64,000 nucleotides of DNA from Chrysomallon squamiferum. Its lineage: Eukaryota > Animalia > Mollusca. The stretch's first letter is position 1. Each line of letters opens with the position of its first letter. Below the pieces are notes generated by a model. It did not search any database. It saw only the letters and a list, made by a program, of their open reading frames with translations, and was not told where the DNA came from. The DNA lies in assembly GCA_012295275.1 (NCBI GenBank), contig CM022678.1, positions 15,872,001 through 15,936,000 on the forward strand, in the 5' to 3' direction. Below are positions 51,160 through 64,000 of the stretch, one piece after another. Made by a program: the position numbers and the translations under genes.

Positions 51160-51500
51160 AATAAACAAATGCAGTAATTATAATACCTTAAAGTAAAAAT
51201 AAAATTAAAAGAACAACTGTAGTAATTATAATAATACCCTACAGTAATAATAATAAACTGTAATAATTATAAAACCCTACAGTAAAAATAATAAAAAAAC
51301 AACTATAGTAATTACAATAATACCCTACAGTAATAATAATAAACAAATGCAGTAATTATTAATAATACTCAACTGTAATAATAATAAAAAATAGCTCTAT
51401 TGATTATAATAATACCCTACAGTAATAATAATAATAAATAAATACAGTAATTATAATAATACCCTAGAGTAATAATAATAATAATAAACAATTGTAATTG
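51160..51500. repeat. AT-rich minisatellite with a unit of about 40 bp
   Basis: taattataataataccctacagtaataataat-like units, about 8 copies. Confidence 0.8.
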
Positions 51501-52141
51501 TAGTAATAATAAATGAAATCCAAGTATGAAATGAGAGTCAATGAAATGTGGTCAAACAGATTACTGGATAGCTAGATGAGATATATTACTTATCTAGGTT
51601 ACCATGTCACTCGTGTCAAAGATCATTTTATTGTCTAAAATACAGCTGATGATCTTTGATTTTGGTATCAAAAGTAAAACAAACAACAAGTATTTATCAA
51701 AAATAAACAGCTGACCAGTGAGATAAATACATTAAGGTAAGACAATATGAAATATGACACAGTAATGTAAACAAAACTGACTAATATCCACTGAATGTTA
51801 ATAATAAAAAATATTTTAATTCGACAGATGTTTTTTGAACATAATTTATTTTCAGAGTTTACTTATATCAGTTTTAAAACTTTATGGAATGAAAATATGT
51901 TTACTAATAATTGTTAGAGATAATGAAAAATTAATAACTGGGAATCTATTATACATTTTATTTATATTAATTTTTTAATTTTTTTATTATTATTATTTTT
52001 CAAATTTATTTATACGTACATTATGTTTGTGTGGTAAACTGATCTCTGTGCTAATGCATATATAAATTTAAAAAATGTGATATTTTTATAATTACATATT
52101 ATATGTATAATACGAAGAATAATAAACTGTGTAGAATAAAA

Positions 52142-52190
<49 letters not shown>

Positions 52191-52193
<3 letters not shown>

Positions 52194-52397
52194 GGTGTCT
52201 GTAAAGTTACTATATAGTCTGCTTCACATTGTCAAGAATGCACTGAAGCTGAAGGCTTACAATTTTAACATTTATCGTAACTGTGGTAAATAAAACTGAT
52301 TACTTATATTGTTACAATAGTTTTCTGAATTTGTTTTAGTCTAACCATAACATTTCTTTATTACAAATAACTTTATGGTCACTTTACGGACATTCTG
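52191..52397. mobile_element. Tc1/mariner-type MITE, about 207 bp, next to a (TA)n run
   Basis: Left CAGGGTGTCTGTAAAGTTAC versus right reverse-complement CAGAATGTCCGTAAAGTGAC; TA at the right flank. Confidence 0.65.
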
Positions 52398-52616
52398 TAT
52401 ATCCAGATTTGGAAATACTTGTTATTACAAAATTATGAAACTGAAAGAGGAACAAATATTTCCTTGTAAATGACTCTCACAATAGGAACAAATAATTACC
52501 GATTACATCACTTGATTCAGTATTTATTCTTATTCGAAACACTAGCTCGTTTTCTTTAACAATAACAATAAGTTAATAACAATAACAATAACAATAACAA
52601 TAACAATAACAATAAC

Positions 52617-52647
<31 letters not shown>

Positions 52648-52899
52648 GAATGCTTATTTCAACGAAAGTATGGATTTGCGGATCGACCAATGTGCGGGTA
52701 ATCGCAAAATCGTGATTTTGTTAACTGGAAGTAATACTATTAATAGGCAGTAATAGCGATAACCCATACTGCTACAGCGTACCCGTATAGGTGATCATCG
52801 ATATACTTCAAGCTGATGTAGAGTTATTAAGAAATGACATGTGGCAGATGACGCATATCGATATTTTAAAATAAATGTTTTTGCATTAGCTTCAAGCAA

Positions 52900-53035
52900 C
52901 TTACCTTGTAGCTACCACGATCTTTCAGGGGACAAACGATAAAATAACGAACGGCTGATTTTATCTTCCTCTTTCTGATCACGAGGAAAACACAACGGAT
53001 ATCATGTGATTGAAACACGTGATAAGCCATGTGTT
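52900..53035 (-). promoter_or_regulatory. Probable CTSB first non-coding exon and promoter with MITF/TFEB-type E-boxes
   Basis: Minus-strand donor AAG|GTAAGT at about 52905/52904 in a CpG-enriched region; TCATGTGA at 53002-53009 and CACGTGA at 53016-53022. Confidence 0.55.
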
Positions 53036-53506
53036 TAAATCTAAGGTCGTTGGAAGAATATTATTTGTTTGTTGAACTTTGTTTCTAATTTACTTTCAGA
53101 ATTTCGTTCGTTTATTAATGTTTAATGGCTGAAATTCTTATTATTTTTCTTCCCTGTCGCTTTCAATTTGTAGTCCAGTTGTAAAGCATTCGCTTGAGTA
53201 GTTGACTTTAAAATTAATAACCGATCCCGAAATTAAATAATTTACATAAATAAATAAATAAATAAATAAATAAACATGCTTACGCTAATTATAATCTTTG
53301 GGTGAAAGTATATAAATAAATACTTTTAATCTACTATAGTTCGTAATGAAAGTATTTGACCAGTGGGTGAAAAATCGGGATTTACATTTTATATTAAGAT
53401 AAATAATTGAAAAATGAATTATTGATATTAACGGATTTTATTTTATTTTTTAGAATTTACCTTTTTATTTATTTATATATTTACTATTGTTAGTGTTGTT
53501 GTTGAT

Positions 53507-53538
<32 letters not shown>

Positions 53539-53892
53539 TATTTTAAGTTACACATTCTTCTTTATTATTTCATTACCGGAACTTCAAAGAAAGAATACAT
53601 ACAGGACAGACATATCCTATTATTTCGAATATTGTTTTTAAAATACGTGGAGTTCATCAATAAGCATTTAACCTTTAGTACCCTTATTTATCTTCAGTAT
53701 TAACTCTATCCCAATGTCAGAGCTCCCTACGTTTAATACATCTTGAACTACCCCTGACCTCATCCATTTCTTGATTTAGTCATTTAGCGGGACATGTAGG
53801 GGTGGGGGAGGAAGAAGGAAAATGTTGTGAAGTAGAACATTTCATTTGAGATAAAAAATAAAAGAGATTTAATATAATACTCTGAAAAAAAA

Positions 53893-53926
<34 letters not shown>

Positions 53927-56389
53927 TATTATTAAAAGAAACAATACGAACGGACATTTAAAACTGAAACATCGTTAGGTGAAATCCTTCGTAGACCTAC
54001 TTGATTTTCCAGCTGCTTTCAATTTATATATAACTACCTTTACATGGAAAACAATTAAGAAAATAATGCTTATACGTATGTGTTTTTAATGTGAGTTTTG
54101 TGCGTACGTGAACATTTGCATTCATTTTACCAATGTGACCGAGTAAAGACTTCACTGTTATCTTTTCTGTTGTACGTTACTGAATTAATTATATTGCATT
54201 TTGTTGTGTTCTGTTGATTTTTTTGTTTGCAGTTTTGCCAGTTTTCATTATTTACTGCTTACTCAATGTTAACCTTCAGAAAGGAAACAAATATATAACG
54301 AAAGGAATGTCACAATTCGAAGAAGAATCCATGACACCATTTAAGTTTCTGAGTACACACACACACAAAACAGTCTTTAAGAGACTGAAGATCAATGGTT
54401 TGGGAAATTTATGAACATACATTAAACCAGTCAACTTCAAAAAAACCCCAATAAACTGATATAACTAAAGATAAAAAGGAATATGAAGAAAACACAGTTC
54501 GTACAATTGTACATGTTTTATTATCAAGTGAAGAAGCATTGTAACATCATTTAAAATACAGACTAACGTATTACACATTAAAATGACAATGTTTATATAC
54601 ATACATTTTACACCCTTTGTCATCCATGTCCAAAATAAAATATGTGCAAGATTTAAAACTTAACAATAGCAATCTGTACATTAAAATTTACTTTTATTAT
54701 TATTAATTTATTTAATGAACAAAATGATAAAATAATTCTTATTTGAGGAGAAAAACGGATATGCCTTCTTGAGGTAACATTTTTGGACGTGAAATTATAT
54801 AAAAAAAAAAAAAAAAACGATACGAAATAAAATTTCAAATTACTGAAAATTTAAAATTAATGGTTTTCTCTTAAGATTGCTGGTTAAATGCAAAATCCTC
54901 AAGGCAATGCAATAATAAAAATAAATAAATAAATAAATAATTTAAAATAAAATAAATGAATAAAAGTCATAACTGTCATTTTTTAACTTACACCTGTTAT
55001 AACTAAAAATAATGAATTAAGCCTGAGGTCCTGGTCATTGTAGCATAAATGATTCAACAATGAATTTGGAAACATCAGTTATTCTGAAATACTAAACCTA
55101 ACATTTAAAGTTGGTATCTGAAGTATATCATACTTTCATTTACAAGTTCCCAATTTGCATTCTCAAAGCCTGTTAATTATCTTATATATATATAAATTAA
55201 TAGTAATAATCTTAAAATACAAATAACCTAAAAACCAAAAAGATCTCTTCCAAAAATTTAAATAAAAAAATAAAAAATACATTAAAAAAAAAAAAAAATT
55301 CAGAGATAAAGAAAGAAAAAAGAAGTCGAGAAAACCTAACTATTTTTAGATGTTTGAAAAATAAACTGTGAAAAGATACATTTTTCAGTGTACATGATTG
55401 TGTAATTTTTAACAATATGTACAAAGGAAAATGATCAAACAGTTATCGACTACATTTATTCACACACACTTGCACATATTCATAATCTTTAACATTACAA
55501 TTATGTAAAAATAAATGTCTGTAAATTGAACTGTATTAATTTCTTCCACACACAAAAATAAATGATTGATATTTTAAGAACGACTTTCATAAACTAATAA
55601 ATTGTTAACTTCTAAACCCTTTGTAGTTTGGGATTACAGAATGTATTATTTCGTGTTAACTTTTGTTTAATTTTCACAAATCTTCAACCAACATGGCTCA
55701 AAACATGAAGTCATTTAACTAGAAGAGTTTGTGAATCATGCACATTTATAAAAATTATTTTTATATGAATCATCTTTCTTCATATTCAGTTCTATATTTT
55801 CATAAACCTATGGTTTTTTTTTCAAAATTTATTCTTTTTTATGCTAAACGTTCTTTATGATTACACATTTGATTAGTTACAGCTAAGAACTAATATTGCC
55901 GTGTAATATTTCTTTGTGCATTAGTAACTATCAATTGTTTAACAAAGACGTAACTGGATACTTTTAGGAAACTGAGTTTTGAAGAGATGATTTAAACTGG
56001 GAATTTGCAAAAAAACAAAAAACAAAAAAAAGACACAAAATTAAATATAATAAAGAGAACTTGTACATTTTGAAATAGTTGTTAAAAATTATGAACACAA
56101 ATAGAGAAACAGTTATTTGCATTTGTAATAATACTATTATAATTATAATTATTAGCAACTTAAATAATATATTTTGAAAGTTATTTAGAATTGGTGGAAA
56201 CACATTAGCATATTATTAACATTATTAACATATTAAAATAATGATTATTCTGAACATTGATAATACATTTTGAAATAGTTATAAAAAAACTGTGGAAATA
56301 CATTAAGAAATTATATCATAGAATACATTTTAAACTGTAATTCCTGAAACAAAATTACAACTTGTGGTAATAGTATAGAATGAATTATA

Positions 56390-56518
56390 TTCCTTAATCA
56401 TTCAGAAATACAAATGTGTTTCAGGAATTAGTTTTAAAATGCATTCTATTATTATAACATAGAATGCATTTTAAAACTAATTCCTGAAACAAAATTTCGT
56501 TTCTAAATGATTAAGGAA
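56390..56518. repeat. Inverted repeat with arms of about 60 bp and a 9-nt loop
   Basis: ttccttaatcatt..tgtttcaggaattagttttaaaatgcattctat / atagaatgcattttaaaactaattcctgaaaca..aatgattaaggaa; a third partial arm copy lies at about 56318-56356. Confidence 0.9.
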
Positions 56519-58774
56519 CCTATTTCGTAACTTAATTTCTATCTAGAACAAACATTACTAATTTTGATATTTAGAATATTTTATATTCCAAAATTTTATA
56601 TTTTATTATATTTTTTTACTCAGATGAGATAAAACTCTGATATAGGTTCTGTTGTCAAAAGTAGTTTGTATTAAAGCAGATACATTCTTCTTAATACAAC
56701 AAATGAATGTTTTCACAGCATGTTTAAACTATACTGTAACACATGAATTTTCAAACACACTGACTGAATATACATATACAATCACCATAAATCCAGTTTA
56801 TCATAATACAAACTGTGATGTCAAACATGCTGTTTTATCAGACTTACAGTGAAATGTATAGAGTGAGACATAGCCAACATCAACATCATCAAAACTAAAA
56901 TAACAGTCTACAAATCATTATTATTGTGTGTAACGTAATAATTCTCCCTAAATAACAAATATTTAATTGTTTTATTTTTTAAAATGCAAAGTCAGTGCAA
57001 AATTAAAATTCAGCTAAATTTACAGTGCAGCTTAAAAAGAAAGTGAACAAAGAAAACACATTTCTAAAATTGTTTCTATGTAAATGTATTTCTTTTAAAA
57101 AAGAAAAAGGTGAAATTAAGTATTATATCATCGAACAGAAACGAATACAAACTAAATATGACTATACATCAATTTTTTTTAAATTATAAATATTGCAAAT
57201 GATAACATAGCTAAAATTCAAAAATCAAAATGGACTTTTCTGCTTTGGATATTATGTCCAGTTTTTAAATATTTATAATATTTATTTATTTATTTATTGA
57301 TGAATGGAGATTTTGTCTATTTATTTGCTGACTTTAACAATGAATTTACTTATTTTATTTTTTTAAAAAATAATTGACAAGCCTTACTTTATTTTATAAA
57401 TATAATTAAACTCAAATAATTCTGTGTTTTATATACATTTAAGTATTTGTTTCTTTCTTAATAATATAGTGCAAAAATAAAATACTGTACTTTTCTTCTG
57501 ATTCATGTCATTGTTTTCTAAAGAGACATAAAACAAGAAAAAAAAAAAAAAAATAATAATAATAATTCCTTTAGCTTGTTTTAATGCTAATGAACTATAC
57601 ATTTTTATTAGTAAAGATTGATGTTCAAAACCAAAAAAAACAAAAAAACTTATGTTATGAATACCAAAATTATACTGAAGATTTGTTTACCATCACCAAA
57701 TGTACATTTAAAAAATAAAAATACCAAAATACAACAAACAGCAAAAAGATTACTTTACACACAATGTTAAGTTAAATAAAAAATAAAACAAAACATAATT
57801 GTAACTACAACACAGCTTCTGCTATGCGGAGACATCTTAAAAACAGGTATCAGTAATTCTATCTACAGTTATTTTGTTTATACAGAATAAAAATAAAATT
57901 TCAAACTAGACCCACTCTATAATAAAGTTTTATAACAAAGATCAGTATTATTAGGGTTTAATGCAGAAAGATAACAAGTACCCATAAATGTTGTTCAAGA
58001 CAGTGGATAAGTTTTATATTTTTCTTAATCAGAAAATTACTAACAACTGCTTTAGATATTTTACTATATATATATATAGATATATGATCATAAAAATTAT
58101 TAAGGTGAAATAACATCATAATTCAATATTTTTAATCTCTGTATATGTAACTTCATTCATACGATTAAGAACCATATTTATATATAACTCATGTGCTACT
58201 CTTTATCAGTTAGCAGCAACAAATCTTTCTATAGTCCTTCCCATCGTCTGGAAAGCTTCTACAATCACATTTCATAACACAGTCTCTGGGCACAATCTGT
58301 GATGGGAAACGGTCTAGTGCAAAATTAATTCTGCAGCTAATAACCTTACTAAGATATATATATATATTATCAGTTAAAGGGCACATTACAGATAAAATAT
58401 GTTTAGAACAGTTCCCCAACTTGGTATTTTTATGCATTAAACTCTCATGAAACATACCAATACATCAACATTTTTAACAACACACACCAATAAATATGAA
58501 TATTTTACAGTAAAATAATAAACCAAAAACACATCTAATTTGTTATTTAAAAAACCGCTTGTTGGAATAATTATAATGAAAGAATACCAATTTCTTGGAA
58601 ATTTAATAAAGGCAAAGTTAAACACTGCAGTTGTTTTGGAATAAATTTACCGTACAATAAACTTATTGAAAAAATGCATAAAGCACTGCATTCATGTAAT
58701 TTCAGAAAAAATATTTAAATGAAGGTTTATAAACTAAATACGAAGCAAACCCTGTCCCTTACTTACTTATATAT

Positions 58775-58856
58775 AAAAATATAATGAACATGTTAAGTAA
58801 ATATAACTAAACATATATATTTAGTTATATTTACTTAACATGTTCATTATATTTTT
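58775..58856. repeat. Perfect inverted repeat, 37-bp arms, 8-nt loop
   Basis: aaaaatataatgaacatgttaagtaaatataactaaa-catatata-tttagttatatttacttaacatgttcattatattttt. Confidence 0.95.
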
Positions 58857-60513
58857 TCTAAATTATACTGCAAAATTTTCCTGCCTTTTTACAACATGCC
58901 ATTCAAAAGCAGAAGCAATATTTGTTTAAAACAAATGCCAAAATCTAAAGAAGAAACAAATGGTGGGAAATTACTTTTTGTTTATGCTCAGAAAGTTTTT
59001 AAAATTCTTCAGACTTACTTTAGTTTTTAATAATATTTATAATTTTGTAAACAAGTATTCTATGTATTAAATAGTATTAAAAGGGTTTCTAAAGTTTAGC
59101 AGATCTTACTCACTATAACGTGTTACTTTTTTTTTCATGTTCTTATTATGACAAACTTTCTTTTAATCTTTGGATATTATTTGTGACTAGAATTACAACA
59201 GACAGAAAACAGCTGATTTTGGAAATTTCGTATAATTTTCAATTTGTCACCAACTCAACTGAATTACTAACTGTAATTTGTTTTCTACAAGTAACAAATA
59301 TATTTCTAAAGTTTATTTACACATTAAAAAAAACTTTTTTCATTGACAAAACAGGTTTAATATGCAAAAGTAAACGCTGGCCATAGAAAATATTTGCATT
59401 CACAAAATATTAAACTAGTAAAAATAAAGAAAGATCTTGAGTATTTCTTAATGTTTCTAATATTCTGACCAAGAGTTCGAGTGGATATTCAATTTAATCT
59501 AATTCTCACTGATGTTTTTAAAATCTTGGAATTCTTGGAGTTCTACAACTCTAAACACAATCTAAGCAATCTATGTGATGGAAGTGATAATAAACACTGA
59601 ATCATTTGTTATCTAAGCTGGTCCCATTGGTCTAAGGTGGATGTTTTAAAATATTTGCAATCAATCAAATTCAACAAACAGTTTTCTCAGGTTTCTCAAA
59701 CTCACAATGCAAAATATGAATGGCAAATGACGATATCAGATAGCTACATTTAAGGCAGGAATTGATACCAATGAGCTGAATGAAAAACAATATCAATTTG
59801 TATCAACAAATATCTAGAAACTGAACATTGGAAAACAAAAACCCATCAAAATGCACAATCCTTTGCAATGAAAGTATTTCCGTGTATTAAAATATCATCA
59901 CTTTTTCTGAGGTAACACTTTTACCTTGTTTAAGACTATTTTTTTTAAATATAAATTATTTAAAATAAAAAATATATGTATAATCCAGTTGGATGAGAAT
60001 AAAAATAACATTTTCTGTTTGGAATTACTTCTTGTACAAAAATATTTTTTAAAACTGTTTTAAAACTTTTTTTCTTTTCTTTCTTTCTTTTATGTAGATT
60101 AACTCACTTTCAGGTGTGCATTACTAGCACTATCATAAAGTTCCTTTCCGCTATCCAAATATCAAACTTTCTTAATACTTTTTGCTATGACTTCTTCATT
60201 TTTATGCTTTTGATATGTGATATAAAATTAATATTTTATAAGAAACCATAAAATAAAATAACTAAAATCATTTCTCAAGGTACTCATTCAACCACTGTCA
60301 TTTGGTTTTCATTAAAATTATTATAAAAAGTTTTTTTTTTTTAACTTTCACAAATGATAAAACAATTTTTACAAAATATTCTATAGTTTATTATTAATTA
60401 TATGTATTTTTTTTTTTCATTGCAAAGGTTTACAACAACACAAGTTTACAGACCCATAGCCCAAAACGTTTACTGAAAATTTAAACAGAGAATGTTTACA
60501 ATTATGTCACTGT

Positions 60514-63500
60514 TTACTGTCCCTTCTTGGCTTTGCCTCTCATTCGGGTCACACTTCCATTCTCAGTCGCATTGTTCTGATCTGCTTCTGGTAATGAGTT
60601 TATATCATCATGTTCCACTGGAAAAATAAACGAGTAACGCAACATAATGTAAAGTAAAGTAAAAAAAGTAAAGTAAACTAAAGTAAAGAAAAGTAAAAGT
60701 AACAAAACATAAAGTAAATACATTTTTTAAAATGACATCAAAGGAAAAAATTCTAGTCTTATTCACATTAATAATATTGCTGTGTATTTAAAACAATTCT
60801 CAATCACATTAGTTTAATTTTCAGTTATAATCCTCTTTTGTATACAGTATACCCTCACCTATTCGCGGTTCCCCATTCGCGGCCCCGCATATTCGTCGGT
60901 TAGGCTCTTAACCCTATCGCATCGTATGCTGGTATACCAGGCTAGCGTCATAACGTCATAAAAACAAATGCTCAGTAAACCGGGTTTTTGTAGGTCATAG
61001 AGACTTAAGTGCCTGAAGACTAGGAATAATTACCTAAAGTGCTGTAAAGCAGCAGCTAAGCTGTGCCATACTGTACATTAGTGTTATCATCATCATCGTA
61101 TGGCACTGCAAATTTCATCATCATTTTATTATCATTCATTATTGGTGACAGCACAAACAATATCAAATTTTTTCAATTATTATTGCAATACAGTACATAT
61201 TTTTTTTATAAATGCATACACTGTATATACAGTGCATATTTTTGTGACCGTGTATTAATAATGTTTTTAATTGCATATTATTACTTAATTGAATAATGCG
61301 TACTGTATTTATCTGTTTGCCTTTAAATTTGTTCCACTTTCTGTCAATTCTAATACATATGTTGTACGCATAGAAAATTACTTTACGGTACAGTAATACT
61401 GTATGGGTAACTATGCTATGCGGTGTTACTGTCCTCCTGTACTTACGTTTCTTTCTGATTAAAATATTGTTTCAGTACAAAATTAAAATGTGTTTACATT
61501 ATCATTACTACATTAGTGAAATACATAACTGCATGCAATATTACTACATTATTACTGTATTAATGAGTAAGAGTGTCTTTAGAAAGTGTTTGGGAAGCAT
61601 TTAGTACCGTATATAATCTCATAATAGACGTTTTAAAACTGCATCCAATATTTGCGGTTTTTCGCTATTCGCAGGGGGGTAAAGAACGTAACCCCCGCGA
61701 ATAGCGAAGGAATACTGTACATTAATTCTGCTGTTATAGCGAGGACAGATGCTTTTGGTACATTAACAAATACCATTTTATGATAGGTTTGTCAAAATAA
61801 TTATTTCTGTTTTTAATCCATGAAAAAGATATCTATTCTTTACTAAAAAAAAAAAAAAAAAAAAACAAACAGATATCTATTTTTATTAATAAAAAGATAG
61901 TTTCAAAAACAACAAATACAATACTATTGATACAATCCTAACGTGACATGAATGTTTCTGCTACTCAAACTGTCCAATAAGAAAACAAAATTGATATAAC
62001 AGCAAAAATCAGTTTGGTACAAACCAATAGTTCCCAGCCTTTTGTAGGCCATACCCCAACTGAACACTTGAAAATTTTAAATACCTCTTTGGCATAAAAA
62101 CAAAGCAAGTTAATAAATTTAGAGTTCTGGATGTATTCATTAACAATTTTCAAAAACAAAACAAATTTAGTTTAATTATTTTCTTATTCTGCACTTGCTA
62201 AATTAATGACCCAGCAAAATGTGTGTGTAAATATCAAATTGTCAATTCACATTATCACTTAATATTCAAACTGAGTCCTTAATTTGGTGTAGACTTGATA
62301 ATCACGTCAAGTGGAATTAAAATGGTTCAAGTGAAATTTTGATTAAATACTAAGATAGAAACAAAAGTTTGGCATTTACTTGTGAAAATACTTCAGAATT
62401 TTTAACTTAAAAATGTCCACGTGTTACATTCATGTGGGGTTTTTGATAGAAACATGTTTTTACCTTTTGGCTTCTTCTTGCTAGGAGATCGAGTTTTCTT
62501 TGCCACAGCACTTTTCTCTCGTAGTTTCTTCAGGTGGAAAGTGATGAAGTTCCACATCATCCATGCCTGCAGTAGACACATGGCAGCCAAACAGTTAATT
62601 CTGAAAAAAATTGAAGTACTAATAATGAGGATAAATTTTTATTTATATTTTTGTAAAAGTTAAAATGAAGAAAGAAAGAAAAAGGTAGACAGGAACCAAG
62701 AAGTCGATATGAAAAGATGGCCAAAAAAATAAACTAAGAGCCATGCAATCATGGGGGAAAAAAATAATTAAAAAAAAATAGGAAAAAGAAAAAGACAAAT
62801 AGCAGCTAAATAATAATGTTGGAACAACAATGGAAAAATTACCTTATCAGTTTTGTGTTAAAGTTTCCTACAGCAATGTCAATGGTTGTTCGACTTGTCT
62901 GTTCCAGACCATACCTAAAACAGTTTAAAAAACAAAAAATAAAGATTTCAAAAATAATTTTAACAAAGCAATACAGTTGTTTTTTTAAAAACTTGTTTAT
63001 AAACAACTCACATCTCAAAACATTTTGAAAATTAAATCTGATTTATTAATTATTATTAATCATAAAAAGCATAAAAAAAATAAATTAATTATTTAATGGC
63101 TAATCTAAATTATAGAGTTATCAATATTTTTTGTATGTTTAATTCTTTGCACTAAGTTATTAACTTACCAAAATGTAAGAACTGCTAGAGTGATTGATCC
63201 AAGCCGTACCAACACAAAGAGAACATTAAATACCATAAACCTGTGAAAAATACAATAATTATATATATTCATATTCATATACATATACATATACATAAAT
63301 GAAGAAGTGCACAAGCCTAACAAACGTATGCATATACAACACACACACGACATATGTTGGTACCCACACACACAAACAGATATTTGTATACAACACACAT
63401 TATCAATACAACAAGCCATCATCACGTTAGATAAAATAATGTGGCCAAATAAAAGTATTCGCTGTAAATATTTGTGAACAGTTTTACTGATGTAAGCATG

Positions 63501-63888
63501 ATCAAAGTATCTGTATTGAACAGAAACATTTTCCAGACACAAAACAGACTTCCTACCATTTTATCTCAGTGAATTTCTTCACAAGTCTATACACAACCTG
63601 AACATCAGATCAACACTACTTTAAAAAATAAAAAAAAATAAAAACAGATTTAAAAATTACTGCTAATGCCAAAGCATTTCTTTTACATTTAATGGATCTA
63701 TTAACAAGACAGAATAAATTTGAAAAAATCTGAAGTATCTGCTGAGCTAGTACAAACATTTTTAGAGTTTTACTTACGCAGTTGATGACATTTCATTTTT
63801 GTCTGCAAAATAAAGTAGCCTAGCAACATGGAAAACAAACTCCACAGCATAATGTAGAACTAAGAGGCAGAGAGCAACTCGGTTGAAA
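60514..63888 (-). CDS. TRAM1: Translocating chain-associated membrane protein (TRAM1/TRAM1L1-like), last five exons; 5' part beyond the window
   Basis: Exons 63888-63778, 63240-63169, 62914-62843, 62600-62464 and 60617-60514 are phase-consistent. LLVLHYAVEFVFHVARLLYF, LFVLVRLGSITLAVLTFWYGL, GNFNT and QAWMMWNFITFHL are TRAM TLC-domain motifs. The C-terminal KKGQ* fits a KKxx ER-retrieval signal. Confidence 0.92.
60845..61717. mobile_element. Non-autonomous pogo/Tigger-like (Tc1/mariner superfamily) DNA transposon, about 873 bp, in the last TRAM intron
   Basis: TA|CAGTATACCCTCACCTATTCGCGG at left and CCGCGAATAGCGAAGGAATACTG|TA at right give TIRs plus a TA target duplication; internal TATTCGC sub-repeats; no transposase ORF. 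Confidence 0.85.
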
Positions 63889-64000
63889 CTAGAAAATAAT
63901 ATAATAAAAACATTTTAAAATTATATGTGCTGTGTGTGTTTTTAAAATTATCATCTAGTTATGTAAATAAATAATAATACTGCTGAATTATTAAATGATG

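Noticed and set aside
53100-60500. Short hydrophobic ORFs between CTSB and TRAM
   Set aside because: AT-rich low-complexity translations without splice or homology support; intergenic or 3' UTR.

Overview
AT-rich, microsatellite-rich, intron-containing animal genomic DNA. An invertebrate such as a mollusc is plausible but is only an inference from composition and gene content. The left half (about 1.6-31.5 kb) is a tandem, all plus-strand cluster of five unnamed genes (G1-G5) that, by manual alignment, share one unannotated helical core followed by a coiled coil but carry different end modules. G1 and G2 end in a CHORD/BTK-like Cys/His zinc finger. G3 and G4 start with a CARD death-fold domain split over two exons, largely missed by the ORF track. 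G5 has a predicted myristoylated, 11-aa-repeat N-terminus where G4 has its CARD. The right half holds conserved genes: CCDC73-like (minus; five exons, continuation not found), RIOK3 (plus; 11 coding exons, two apparent frameshifting indels), cathepsin B (minus; complete, 343 aa) and the 3' part of TRAM1-like (minus). There are also several MITE-like elements, mini- and microsatellites and two long palindromes. All exon models and homologies were read by eye; no database search was run.
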